The notes beneath the pieces are model-generated. The model had not been told where the DNA came from and did no database searches. It saw nothing but the letters and a program-made list of their open reading frames with translations. A stretch of DNA of 64,000 bases from Sphagnum compactum (lineage: Eukaryota), in assembly GCA_965153455.1 (NCBI GenBank), contig OZ234493.1, positions 27,332,213 to 27,396,212 of the forward strand. Direction: 5' to 3'. Positions within the stretch are counted from its first letter, which is position 1, and every line of letters begins with the position of its first letter. Below are positions 26,301 to 39,350 of the stretch, piece by piece. Made by a program: the position numbers and the translations under genes.

Positions 26301-28299
26301 CTATCAACGCATAGCCTCGATACCATGGAGACACGCATATATGATAACAAATGAAATAGAATATATATTAAAATTTGATTAAAAATAATCATAAGAAAAA
26401 TAAGTACAAGCAAATATATAACAACCATAGGAGAATTCAAAAAATGTGAACTAATACACTAATTTGGTTGTCATACAAACAACTCTAATAATGATGGATG
26501 ATTTTTCTTTCAAGTTGAATAAACTTTTTATATCAACAAGAACTTCAATGTGATTTTTGTTGTGATGTTTGAATCAAAGCCAACTACAACTATAATTCAA
26601 GGTTAATAAGAATCCAATTTCAACATTTGCAACACACATATGTACAAGGTGGTAAACACATTGACATTTATTAGTCAAGAAGACTTTAACCCCAACATTT
26701 GATGTCAAGGAACTAATCCGAAAACCGAGTAATCCAATAGTTTCAATATTTACAACACACATACAAGATAGTAAATATCTTGCTTCTTAATAATCAAGAA
26801 GTTCATTATTAAAAACAACTCCACTAGTGTTCAATATGTGGCCTAACAAAAGAAAATTGGATGAAAAAATATGAAAACATGCCCAATTGGTTCGACAAAA
26901 AGGTTTTCGCCCAACATTTTTGCATAAGGTGTTGAAATTGGTAAAAGGCACAACAAAACTTAATAGTTATTATTGATGGACTATATATTGGTTTAGGCGG
27001 GTTGCTATTAGTTGTCTCCCATTTGTTTATACTCCTAGTTTTAGTTTTATAGGTGGGGTTGAGAAAAAATGAATTTAACTAACCTTGGATGCAATAAATA
27101 TTTTTGCAAGGTCACATATTAAATAGTCGTGGAGCTACTTTAAAAGCATTTCTAATGCAACTTATCAAAATTCCTTTGCAAAACCAACATTGTTAGTGAA
27201 TTTGGAGGTTTATCACTTAGAAGTGATGACACATCTTTGCATTGCCCCCTTGCAAAAGGACAATACAACTTGTCAAATTATTTAGCATGCCCATGTCCAT
27301 TGAGTGATTCCGAGGTTTGAAGACAATATATGTACACCTCAAACCACTAAGTTCACCACAAAGTCTTTCTATATGTGCATCAAAGTTGATGACATCTTTC
27401 CTATTATTTATCTTGATCCCACACTTCACTCATCATTCAAACCTCTTAATTATTTCGCAAATGTAGGTTCCTTTAAGAATCAATCACACTACACAATTAA
27501 AAAGACATGAGGTTCTTGATCTCCTAATAACAAATACCAAAAATAAATTTAAAAAATCCTTGTAGCATTGAATTAATTTTTGAATGTGAGAGATTTCATG
27601 CACACCTTACTACCCTTTAACAACATTAGTTCTTCTAATTGCTTGAACAACAACCTCCTTTCTTATTAGTTTTTCAAGAAACCACTACAATGAAGTTTGA
27701 ACATACCAAAAATAGTTTCCAAAACTGAACTTGGAAAAGAAGTCATTAAAAAACTCTTCCTCTTTCTTTTTGTGTTTCTCTTTAAGGAAAAACTTGCAAA
27801 ATAGAATCATTGTTTCACAAAAAAAATGGAGAAGAGAATATGGGGGAAAAGGTGCCCTCAAGATATTGCAACAAAAAAAAAAAACAACAATGAATGTGAA
27901 GAAAAAATAGAAATGAAACAAACCAAAATGAGACCAAAAAAAAAAGTGCACATTGGTGACAAAACCACATGAGAGGGCATGTGGTGACAACCATACAAGG
28001 AAAGCTATTGTTGAGAACAAGGTGAAAAACTAAAATGGGGCCAATGAAAATTTGGTGTAGGCATTCTAGTGAGAACCACAATGCCATTATTTGTGATGGG
28101 TGTTGTTGTAGGCATAAGTAGGCCATGCAGTGGAGATGTTTTAGCCCCAACAACGTTATATGCACTCCATGTTCAATTGACATCTTTTTATTCTACTTTT
28201 AAAACAAAGATTCTACAATGGCACAATCATTATTGTAGGTTCATGCACTAATGTTTATATCTAAATCAATCAATGAGGATAATGGCACATTTAATTTGT

Positions 28300-29400
28300 G
28301 CAGACCTTTTGTGCAGTTTTTGAACTAAACTATGAAAGAGGCCACATATTCACATCTTGCCATAATATGAATTGCTCTTGTTCTTCCATGCAAGCTTAGT
28401 TCAAATTATTTCATTGAATTAATAAGAATAATATGTGGGTATTCAAAGTAGCAAAATCAATTGACCAAGTTTTTGATTTCACACTTTTGCTCCAAATGCC
28501 CCAAGCATGCCACAATAATTGCATATTTTGGGCTTGTGTCGATTGGTGCTTTGGGGCTTGAATATTGGTGGTTCTGATCCTGCCACTCATTAACTGAGAC
28601 TGTTGAAAACATTCGAGGGTAGCTTACATTTTGGCAAAATAGGAAGGTTGACCTCTTCCATGGCCCCTAGCATATGCATTGGAATTTGGCATGGGATTGT
28701 TACCATAATTGGGTTGAGATCTGAAAACACCATATCCTCTTCAAAATCTCTCACATTGCACAAGTAGAGCCTGTACATCATTAGGTGTGTTCATCTTGAG
28801 GGGAAGTTCTCCACTAATTAGCATGGATTCAAGTTCGTTGTATGGTGGCAAGTGTTGAGTATGAACAACATATGTTTGAACACTTCGTATTCCTTAGGAA
28901 GGTTTTGAACAATATAATACATGATGATGTTTTGGGGGAGTGTCACATCAACCTCTGAGTCTAGCAAATTCGCAACTTTTTTCACAAAACATCCATATTT
29001 TGTTGATTTATCTTCCTCATTTTGAAAAATTTCTTGATGAGTTGGACATACCTAACACCACGACCTAACTCATATATTCACTTTCAGCCTAGCCAATAGA
29101 TGTAAAGGTCATTATAACGTTTCATTAACTTGAGTCTCGCGTTTTTTACATTGGAGTTGAGGGTGCTCATGGTTCGCTTCCTTCTGATTATCTTTGTCAT
29201 TACCATTATAATGTTTGGAGGATTTGTGAAATAAGTGAAAATATCATTTTTCTCAAGAACATGCTCCATTCAATATACCCAAGTTTCATCATTCGAATGA
29301 CCATCTAAGTGATAAGACTCATGGATAGAAGTATCACTAGATTTTGAGAGGATGACATTAGGCTGAAGAACACTCCGTTCATTGGCCATGCTTGTCTCCA
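28300..29400 (-). mobile_element. Ty1/copia gag remnant
   Basis: The minus strand reads LDGHSNDETWVY*MEHVLEKNDIF (copia gag N-terminal NYxxW type). It continues to ..PKEYEVFKHML..LPPYNELESMLIS (UBN2/gag-like). Frameshifted. Confidence 0.6.
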
Positions 29401-30160
29401 TTGTCTTTCTAAGGTTAAAAGTGGTGGTGTTGCTAGTCACACTCCTTGCAATTTTGTTTCTCATTGTACCAAGGTGTGTTTTTCCTTCCACCACAGACCT
29501 AATGTTTCTAAAAGAAGGTTAGTAACTCACTTAATTTGAATTTAGGAAAAAAAATACAAACTCAACATTGGCCTTCATTTTTTTGTTCTAATACTTGAAG
29601 AATTATGCTAATCACAAACGAAATTCATTGTAAGGGAACAAATCAAGTCAAAAAACACAAAGAAAATACTCTTACAAATACCCCAGGTAGAAACTAAAAA
29701 TAACATACACACATCAAGTCCTAATATAATCTATCCACCTAATATAATCATCTATTAGATGAATAATACTCAAGTTGAGGGTATATCAATTCCAACATTC
29801 TAAACATAGGAAGTGTTTAGAAAACATGAAGAGTGGACCTCCCTCTATTGTTGCCAAAAGGAACACCACTTGACAAGCTTCGTGGTGTGCCAATGACACT
29901 ATATAAGAGTTGCTATTGGGCCTACAACCTACAATTTAAATATTGCATTCAGCCTTTTTTTTTTCCTTGAAATGTGGTAAATTTGGGTTTTTTCCCCCCA
30001 TACATCCTTTGTCAAAGGTCATATCTCCTTTTTTTTTTGTCACCAAGTGACGAAATTTTGCTGCCAAATAAACAGTAGTAAGGCCTAGGGGCATGTTAAA
30101 CAGAAAATATGAAAATTTATGTGTTTACACACTATGAGATAATTAAACATCATTAATATA

Positions 30161-30162
<2 letters not shown>

Positions 30163-30197
<35 letters not shown>
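30163..30197. repeat. (TA)n microsatellite
   Basis: Direct reading. Confidence 0.9.
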
Positions 30198-30201
<4 letters not shown>

Positions 30202-30975
30202 ACATTTTATTTTTTTGGGGCAACATAAAATTCTTAATACAATGAAGATAACATTTTTTCTTCATACATAGAAAACATTAGAGTTTATTTTCATACTAAA
30301 AATTAAGTTTTAAAATGACCATCTAATAAAAAATTAATAATTTAGTTTTTTGTTATCTTCAAGTTAGTGGCGAACAGATAAATTTCAAAAAGAATTGAAC
30401 ACTTTGCCAAGTAATACTAATGTGGCATGTGCCATTGGCCCAAGTGTGAACCCATTTCAAAATAGGAAAACTCAACATATGAAAATTGTTTTGTAGGGTT
30501 TTTAATTTAAGGTTAAAATAAATTTTAGACCCTATATCCAAAATTTGAAGAGTTGAATATGACTCGGAAGTGTGACCACATTCTCAATCGACTTTTCCTT
30601 TCAAAACCTAGTTTTTTGTAATTCATGTGAATTTGCAGTGACAAAAATCATTTAAAATTTGACATTTTCTCACATCCTAAATTCAAAACTTATGAGATAA
30701 ATTGTGGATTAAATCTTGCTCATCAAGATCTTTCCAACAATACCAAAGTTACATCCCAATTCCTCATACTTGAATTGAATGGTAGACCTTCAAGTGTGAC
30801 CACATTCTCAACTGTTTTTTTTTCTTTTCAAAACTTGGTTTTTTGTGATTATTTGAATTTTCAGTGAAAAAAATCACATAAAATTTAATATTTCCCCAAT
30901 CCTAACTCCAAATCTTGCAAAACATATTCCAATAAAACCTACACATCTTGATCTTTCCAACAACACCAAAGGCAT

Positions 30976-31248
30976 CAGGGTTTTTTCTTGTGGCGAATTT
31001 TCACCACCTGGTGACCAAAAAAAAAAAGGCTGACGAATCCAACAAAGGGATTTTTGAAATTTTTAAAAAAAAAATCACCATATCTCGAGAAATGTTTTTT
31101 GAAGTCACCAAAGTATATAGCCTTTTCCATTAGGTCACCAGAACTAGGCAGATTCTACTAGTCCACCAGGACAGTCACCATTTATTGCTAATTAATGCAG
31201 AGGATCCTCACCAGTACACCTACTTGAGGAACTTTTTTAAAAACCTTG
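30976..31248. mobile_element. hAT-type MITE, about 273 bp
   Basis: Ends are CAGGGTTTTT and AAAAACCTTG. The flanking 8-mers aaaggcat and aaagccac form a TSD with two mismatches. It interrupts a duplicated unit whose uninterrupted copy lies near 30740. Confidence 0.7.
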
Positions 31249-31249
31249 A

Positions 31250-31690
31250 AAGCCACATCTCAATTCCTCTGAAAATTTTAGTTATGATTTAATTTAATTT
31301 AAAGTGAAAAAATCATTCAATATTCAAAAACTTTTACATGGCAAGTCCAAATGTCATGGCAAATCCCAATTCCTCTGAAAATTTCACTTATGATTTAATT
31401 TAATTTAGTATACAGTGAAAAAATCATTCAATATTCAAGAACTTTTACACCACAACTCCAAACATCATGGCAAAAATCCCAATTCCTCTAAAATTTTCAG
31501 TTATGATTTAATTTAATTTCCAATGAAAAAATCATTCAACATTCAAGAACTTTGACATAGCAAAAAGTCCAAATGTTTTGGCACATCCCAAATCCTCTGA
31601 AATTTTCAGTTACGATTTAATTTATTTTTTAGTGAAAAAATCAGTCAGTATTCAAAAACTTTTACACGACACAAGTCCAACCGTCATGAA
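31250..31690. repeat. Tandem repeat, about 110 bp x4
   Basis: aattcctctgaaaatttt.agttatgatttaatttaattt..gtgaaaaaatcattcaatattcaa.aacttt recurs at about 31262, 31368, 31481 and 31590. Confidence 0.85.
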
Positions 31691-32204
31691 ACCAAGCCAA
31701 TGCAAAAACCCTCCTCATTGAAAGCTTTCCAAAGATACCAAGAACCCGATCTAAAGCACAGCCCGGTTTGGTGGATCTCATAGTTACAAAACAAAACAAA
31801 CTACCTTGCTTCTTCATAGATAGATTTGAGCTAGGCTATATAGTATGGATTCTTTATTTAAAAAATTGAAAACCAGTACTCTATAGTAAATAATCATAAA
31901 ACATAAAAACAATCTAAAACTTGAGAGAACAAGTCATTCTAGATTAAGTTTAAAAAGAAAATCAAGTTTGAGACTGTCCGTGCTCTGATCTCACCTCACC
32001 AGGTAAAAAAACTTACATAATTATTAGGCTACAACAACAAAAAAGCATTCGCCTCTGCAAATTGCTTCACATAACAATTTTGTTAGGGCCAATGGAAATG
32101 GTAAAATGGCAATGAATCACATCAGAATGTATTTTTGACACCCAAAAAAAATAAATCACTTCTGAGTCTCAATTTCTAAGAAGCTCAGTGTTGAAATTTT
32201 TCTT

Positions 32205-33696
32205 TCAATCTTCAAAGCGTGGGATAGAAGATGAGCACTCAAAACAAACAAAGATGTCTTTTGGGCGGCTGTGATGAATAGAATTATCCTTAAAGTCATA
32301 CCCAGTTGGTCCCCAGTTTGGACCCCAGTTACTATTGCGCAAGGGATTTGCGTGGTGGTGGTGGCTACACCCAGGTCGGTTGCATTCCGCGCATTTTGGA
32401 AGACGCAGCCAGCAAGAAGAGCACAGCAAGTCGCCACAGAAAGTGTCGTCGAGAGTGTCTTCCTGTGAATCCGTGACGCAAGATCCGCAGTCTGCACAAC
32501 GAGGTATGCAGAAAAGGCAACCGCGACACTGCCGCAGTGGATTGGCGCGCAGTTTCTGACATGACTCTCCCGGACAATCGTAGACCGGACGGACGAAATC
32601 ACACTTCGGACAAGCTGCGACGTCGATTGCACGATCATCGTTTTCGTCAGAAGAAAATGAGCCCTCCTTCGATCTGTAGTACCAAGGCTGCTCAGACTTT
32701 GTCGCAGATGAAAGAGCTTCGGACGTATCCAAAGATGTCCGTAGCGCTTCTAGAATCGGAGCTTCGGTATCCAAAGATGTCTGTAGTGCTTCTAGAATCT
32801 CTTTGTTGAGTCCATAGAGACCTTCAATTCGAAGCTGCTTTAACCCTGGCTGCACGTTGGTTGTCGACCTAGCAGCGCTATTGTGACTCGTCACCATTCT
32901 CGTCAATCCTTCCGCACTTATGTTTGTGCATCCAGGAATGCTAAGCTGCATCGGGACCAACAGAAAGCAAGCAGCGAGAAAGCAGTTAGAATCAAGAGCT
33001 TGGAAGAAGAACCAAGAAACACACGAGAAACATAAGAAACAGCTATCAGGAGGAGCTTGGACGAATAACCAAGAAACACTAAAAACAAACAAGGATCGAT
33101 TTCGCAAGCTTTTTTCTTAGTGAAGGGATCTTCAAAATCTTCCCGACAATCCTAATACAGCAACCACGTACTGAAAGATACTGAAAGGATTTGCAACCGA
33201 AATTGCAAGCAGATAGCAGCTTCAGTGCTTGAACGGCAAAAATAGATTAACAAACCTTTGAGAGCGTTGGATTTGTTGCAAGGACCGTTTCTATGGCCTC
33301 ATCTGATACTTTTTTGCACTGGATGAGACTGAGCGACCGGAGACGACCTTGTGCACGCTCCACCAATTTCAGCAGACCAGTATCGGTGAGTTTCGTGCTC
33401 AAGGGTGCATCGACACGTACCCGCTGCCATAGCAACACGTCGCTGCGGATTGCATCCCACAGAGACTTGCTTACTCTCTCCAAAACCAGAAGCTCTTGAA
33501 CACCGACATAAGGAAGGGTATACACAAGCCCTTCAAGTGCCAGCCTTTCTAAGGCCTCACATGTGCTAGAATTGTCTCCTGGATCCTCCCCAAAACGAAC
33601 TCCACTTGGTTCTGCATAACTGGCATCTCTTCCCAAATCCCCGGACCGTTTCTCGAGCACAACCTCTCCGCCTTTGTCCGCCACCGCCAGAGACAT
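32205..33696 (-). CDS. F-box protein SKIP14/SKIP28-like; exons 33696-33256 and 32945-32205 (~393 aa)
   Basis: F-box-like EGLVYTLPYVGVQELLVLERVSKSLWDAIRSDVLLW, an LRR-like LRSLSLIQCKKVSD..LSIPGC, and a Cys-rich C-terminus (IDVAACPKC, CRGCLFCIPRCADCGSC, DLLCSSCWLRLPKCAECN). The phase-0 GT-AG intron joins the frames. Confidence 0.88.
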
Positions 33697-35675
33697 CGTT
33701 CAGAGATCAGGCTAAAGCTGTGCAACAGAAATGAACTCCAGTCGATGCGAGAAGATAATCAGAGCCACCAAACTACCACCTATTGTCACAAATTAACACC
33801 AACAAAAGCACACCAAAAAAAAAAAACAACAACAACAAATTCCTTAAGAGAAAAGTAATGGAATCAATATGTACAAAAGAAAGGAGAAGGCGATGGAGGG
33901 AGATGGCAAAGGAGGCGCGGGGCGATGGATTTGTGCTAACACAAGACTGGACATGTGCCCAGGAGACAGGCGGAAAGAAGCTTGAACGTGGAAAACCTTG
34001 GTGGTGGTGAGGAGAGCAGGCAGGTGTCTATCTATCTTGGGGTGCGCTCAGATCAAGAGTAGGGCCTATGTTTAAAGGCCGTTCCACAATTTTTAGGGTT
34101 TGTTGCAGAGGGCAAATACTTAGGCCCAAGGCTGCTTGGCAACCAGGATTACAAATGTGGAAAACATGACAATGCCCTGGGCATGGGAAACCTCCTACCA
34201 ATGTGAAGCATGATCTGTGTTTTTATTGGTTACATGATCTGTGAAATTTTTTTTCCAGTGCTTCTGGCATTGTGAAAGGGAAGTGGTATACAGAGTCACT
34301 AGCTCAGCGATTAGAGAAAATTTTAGATATATTTCTGATTCAGTACGGACAGTTTGAAGGCTCTCTAAAGGTACAAACATGAGTTTGAAGTTTTAAATTC
34401 TTGATGAGCTTCCAATCTTAAAGAGTTTCTGTGTGGTCTTTACTTGTAAGTATACTGGCTGCTGTATGTTGCGGACCTCTGATTGGTCTAAGTGGATCCA
34501 ACAACTTGTCATAACTTTCCTAAAATGTTCTGTACTGGAGGAGTCTGCAATTCAATGCAATTTTGTTCCAGAACCTTTTTTTATGATTGTTTCTGAAGGC
34601 AGCATGGGGTTGATGGTTGCTTGCTGTTGTGGTGGAGTGAAAGAATAAAAGATCAGCTTGGTTCGACTTTGGTTCAATTTAGGTCTCATATGCAATTACA
34701 ATGAACCTAAACATATGTTGATCAGGAGCTGTAAGCAGGAAGCACTGACTCCTTAAGAGTGGGAGGGATCAGTTGCTTGCTTATTTGTGTAAGATCCCTT
34801 TACGCAGCTACAAGTCAGGCATAAGATCCCTCCCACTCTTAAAGTGTAATATCCCTCCTCTTTTCTAACAGAGATATTCACAGACATAAGGTGCCCTCTG
34901 AATACACTAGAAAATATTTCTGCAAGTGCTTTATGATTAGATATGCTTTTGGAGGACAATAGGGCATCAATTTTAAGGACAAGCAACATGTATGAACACT
35001 ATTATGCTGCCAACAATAATTGATCACCTTATTTGTTTTTTGTGAACTTGTCTTTATGTGATTGAAGGAGAAACCAAATATCTCACAAACATTCAAATTC
35101 CAGAGATGGTGATAATGATAATCGGTTACAGTTCAAGGCTGAACCCAACAACGTATCCTCTATTGCCTTGTTTGGTGGGAAGACAAACTACCTCAACACA
35201 CCAGGATGTCAAGCAACCTAACAGTTCCTAAAAGCAGTATTCAATGGAGTAGTAGTCTAATCAATATCAATGGCCCTTGATTCATACAAATGCTTCATTT
35301 CAAAGCTGGAATACAAAGTTTGTTTAACTGACTCATATCTTCTCAAACTGCAGAACTACAACGCAGATGTCTGATATTAACTTCAATCAAAGGAATCCTA
35401 ATCCTTCAGAACCACCATATAGTGATAGCACAATTCTTCCTTTGACAATCTGGACACAATATCTAAACATTGTGTACAAACATCACATAGTTGTGTACAA
35501 CCAGTGACTAGCATGTAGCACATATATATGCACTGAAGATGCACTGTACACACTGACAATGGATAGAAAATCAGCTATACCCTTTATGTACAAAGCTGAT
35601 AAATCAGTAAGGGTGGTGGTAAGAAATAAGTTCTGTGACATCACCACAGAAATTTGCAATCATTTGATGCCTTAA

Positions 35676-38516
35676 TCAGTGGTTGAACCAGCCTTTCTGG
35701 GGTTGAACCTCAGCAGGATCCCCACCACCATTCATCAATTTATCCAGCACAATATTAAGGTCAACTGACTGCCCATTCTCTGTCAGCTTCCTTATGACTA
35801 CCTGCACTTGATCTTTGGAGAATCCCATGCTTGCAACCTTGTCAATTACTTCACTGATGGGCACCCGGTTTGTTGATAATGGAGTAGTGCCTGCAGATGA
35901 ACCTGTATTGCTAGCATTATTGCTATTATTGCCACTGGTCACAGGTTGGGCAGTTGGCAAACGGGCATAGCCACCTGTTTCAGTATTAGGCACTAAAGGG
36001 TTGGTGCCTGATGATGACATTCGGTACCCATAAGGTGTATAGTTTTCATAGACAGGGAGTGTGGTATGTTCAGGGTGATAGGGAGGCGGCAATGCCAATA
36101 GCCCACCTCTGTTGTTGCGAGAGGGATCATACATCTGTGCTGAAGACAAGTTTGATGACTGTTGCATTTGAGGAAGAGGCTGTGGGAAAGGTCTGTTTCC
36201 ATAGCCTTCAGGCATGTAAGCAGGAGGGTTTTCTGGACTGTACTTTGCCAGAGACTGAGAGCTGTAGCTTGGAATGTCTGACTGAAGGTTTCCATACTGT
36301 GGTTGCATTGGAGGAGGTGTTCCTGACTGTTGTTGACTATAAAACAGCTGTGGCTGTGGCTGAGTCTGAGGCTGCTGATACTGGATCTGTGGCTGTTGGG
36401 GATGCTGATGTTGAAGCTGGGGTTGATGAGAGGCTTGCAATTGAGGCTGGAGCTGTTGAGGTTGGTGTTGAGCTTCAGACTGCCCTGCTTGCTGTTGAAG
36501 ATGCTGGTACTGGAGCTGAAGCAGATGCTGGGGTTGTTCAGCTTGCTGTTGACCAATCTGATGTGTGAGCTGCTGAGGTTGTAACTGGGGTGGCGGTAAC
36601 AAAGCTTGAGGTTGATATTGATGCTCTGGCTGTGCTGTCAGTGGAGTGGCCTGTAGTTGTAGCTGTTGAGGATGCTGAGGTGGAACTTGCTGATGGGCTT
36701 GTTGCTGACGTATCAAGAGAGCATTTTGTTGCTGGGCCTGAGGTCGCAATTGAGGTTGCTGTTGTTGGGGCATCTGCTGAGAAATCTGTTGAGGAATTTG
36801 TTGCTGGGTAGCTGACACAGCCTGCAACTGCTGTTGCTGGAGTTGTAGTTGATGTTGATTCTGTAACTGTTGAAGGTGGTAAATAGCAGGATCAGTCTGC
36901 TGTCCTGAAGATGGTGGAGCAAGGGCAAGCGAAGTCTCCACTTGCTTGGGAGTTTGGGGCTGCACCTCAACAATGGCTTGGACGGGTGCAGCTGCACTTG
37001 CAGGTGCTTCCACCTTACTGACAAGCTGAAGCTTTGCAAGCTTCAGTTGCTCTTCTGCAATCTCCTGCTTATCACGCAAGACCTGCACACCTCGCTGTAC
37101 CTGCCAATTGCAAAACTTCTCTCTTTAGTGTCTGGACTACATTCCCATTCACATCTCATAGATGTGGGTGGTCCTGCCATCCATAGTCCAAATACAAGCT
37201 AAGCAGTGCACATCTTCATCTTCAGAGTGGTAGGTCTCTCTTGCAATTGTAAGTCTGTTTTGGTAATGAAACATGCATCTGTCCAGGAACAAATTCCACC
37301 TGCTAACATGACTCTAATCATTGGAAAATCTCACGATCCCCTGGTGATTCTTGTCCATGTGATAGGATCACCAATACAACTTTCTGATTCAACTGAAGTT
37401 ATAGAGTTCCTCAAATTCATTCAGGATACTTATTGAGTGGTACTCTTGGCAAATGCCAGTTTTCTTCCAGAGGGCCAGCATTGAACCTGCTGGTAAGCAA
37501 CTGAGACCAGAAAGTATGAGCTATATGAACATGATTGGATTTAGAGGGCTGTCTCTCTAAGAATAATCTAGCAATAATCTACCACAAGAATGCATAGCAG
37601 GAGGACAAAATTACCTCTCTGATCATGTTCTCTAAGGATCTCAGCTTGCCATCAGCTGCACCATGATTATCCGCCGACTCAACTTTGAACTCCTGAACTG
37701 TGTGTTCAATGCGCTGGCTATTGAACTCCAACTGAGAGAGACGGCCACTCATACCCTCTAGCACATGCAGCAAGTTGTCTGCATACTTCTTCATTGTCCG
37801 TTCCACTGTTGCCACCACTATGGCCCATTCAACAGATTCCTTCTCAGTATGTCCTGCTTGGTCATATGATGATGGATTATCCCGCTTTGGTCGCTTCACA
37901 TCAGAGATCCAAAGAAACTCATCAGCATCCATACAACAAGAGATTGCCAAATAAATTCAGCCACTTCAAAACGGATGGCAGTGATATCTATTGACAAAAA
38001 GCTTCAGGTTCAATTGCTCTTGCCAAGTTTGACCTAATCTGAAACATTCCTGGATGTGGCCGACCTGCTTAGGTTCCAGAGAAAAAGGAAGCTGAAGAAA
38101 TAGCCAGTCGAAGTCATCACAAGCCTCGAAGACCAGCCCCCATTTGCCTTCCGAGAAGGAGAATCAATTAGGTCCGGATTGAGCGACAAAACCGACAATT
38201 ACGCTAAACAGCCGAAGGTTTCTATGGAAGAGAACGGAGGGGGAGGGGGCAAAAAGAGGGTCCTTACAAGAGGAGGAGGGGACAAAGAACGGCGAGCACG
38301 GTTATCGGCCTGCGTAGACGACCGGCTGCTCTCGACACCGGCCTGAAACTCGAAACCGGGAAGCAAATCATTATTGCCGAAATCAAAAACAGGCCCGGCA
38401 GCGGCGCTCTTGTACTGATGTGTACCACCAACGTTGGTGGTATTACTAGACTCATGTTCCACAGACGGGAAATCGAAGAAAGGCTCCATGTTCGTGAAAA
38501 CCTCCTGCTTATCCAT
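35676..38516 (-). CDS. FLOE-family DUF1421 protein with coiled coil and Q/P-rich prion-like domain; exons 38516-38268, ~37893-37615, 37100-35676 (~650 aa)
   Basis: N-terminal MDKQ and FDFGNNDLL, then VERTMKKYADNLLHVLEGMSGRLSQLE and LENMIRE|VQRGVQVLRDKQEIAE. A long Q/P tract precedes the C-terminal DUF1421 (EVIDKVASMGFSKDQVQVVIRKLTENGQSVDLNIVLDKL..KGWF). The exon 2 acceptor is uncertain. Confidence 0.88.
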
Positions 38517-38895
38517 CTCCTTCAAAACAAAAAAAAACTCCCAGATCCTTGCACAGCACCAAAAACACACACACACACACACAGACCAAACAACCAAAGG
38601 AACAATGCCAAAGAAGCCCCCAAAAAGAAAAACAGAGAAGACCCAACAACGCAAATGCGATCTTCTTCAACCAACAAACATCCCCAACACAAATTTACAA
38701 CAAAAACAAAACGTAACAAAAGCACGACGCGGATTCTTCTTGTTCCCTTGAGCTTCAGCTTCCCGGTGTGATTGGACGTGGGAGGAGTAGGGTAAGTTCG
38801 GAAGGTTTTTTTTAATTTCTTTTATTTTTTAAAGAAAAACAAAGAGAGGGGAAAAAGAAAGAAGTGGAGTAGGGTACAAGGAAAAGAAGGGTCCG

Positions 38896-39350
38896 GAATT
38901 CCTTTCAATTGGATTTCAGCGTCAAACTAGGGATGAGTTGATTCCTAATTCAGTCATCTAATTGGGCACTGGAACCACTTGGTTACTTACTTATTATATG
39001 CCTAATTCTTTTCAATAGGATTTTCAGCGTCAAGTAGGGATGAGTTGATTCCTAATTTATTCGTCTAATTGGACACTTGAACCACTTGGTTACTTACTTA
39101 TTATATGCCTAATTCTTTTGAATCGGATTTTCAGCGTCAAAGTAGGGATGAGTTGGTTCCTAATTCAGTCCTCTAATCGGGCACTTGAAATGAACCATTT
39201 GGTTACCTAGTAAACATTTTTTCACCAATCAAGCAACCATGCCTAATTCTTTTCAATTGGATTTTCAGCATCAAAGTAGGGTTGAGTTGATTCCTAATTT
39301 GGTCATACGATTGGCCACTTGAGCCACTTAGTAACAAGCTTGATTATATA
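38896..39350. repeat. Tandem repeat, about 105-135 bp x4, in the FLOE-like promoter region
   Basis: The unit gcctaattcttttcaattggattttcagcgtcaaagtagggatgagttgattcctaatt...gaaccacttggttac starts at about 38896, 39000, 39107 and 39241. Confidence 0.9.

Noticed and set aside
26780-26828. Possible Helitron 3' end (weak hairpin then CTAG-T)
   Set aside because: The stem is AT-rich and imperfect, sits within a local duplication, and the helicase is missing. The support is too weak.
32946-33107. Hydrophobic N-terminus of the 300-aa ORF
   Set aside because: It is intron read-through upstream of the acceptor at 32946.
35993-37039. Several long alternative-frame and antisense ORFs
   Set aside because: Shadows of the CAG/CAA-rich FLOE-like exon, which lacks stops in other frames.
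38896-39350. Possible CRISPR-like array (also 31250-31690)
   Set aside because: Whole units repeat with no unique spacers, no cas genes are present, and the context is eukaryotic.
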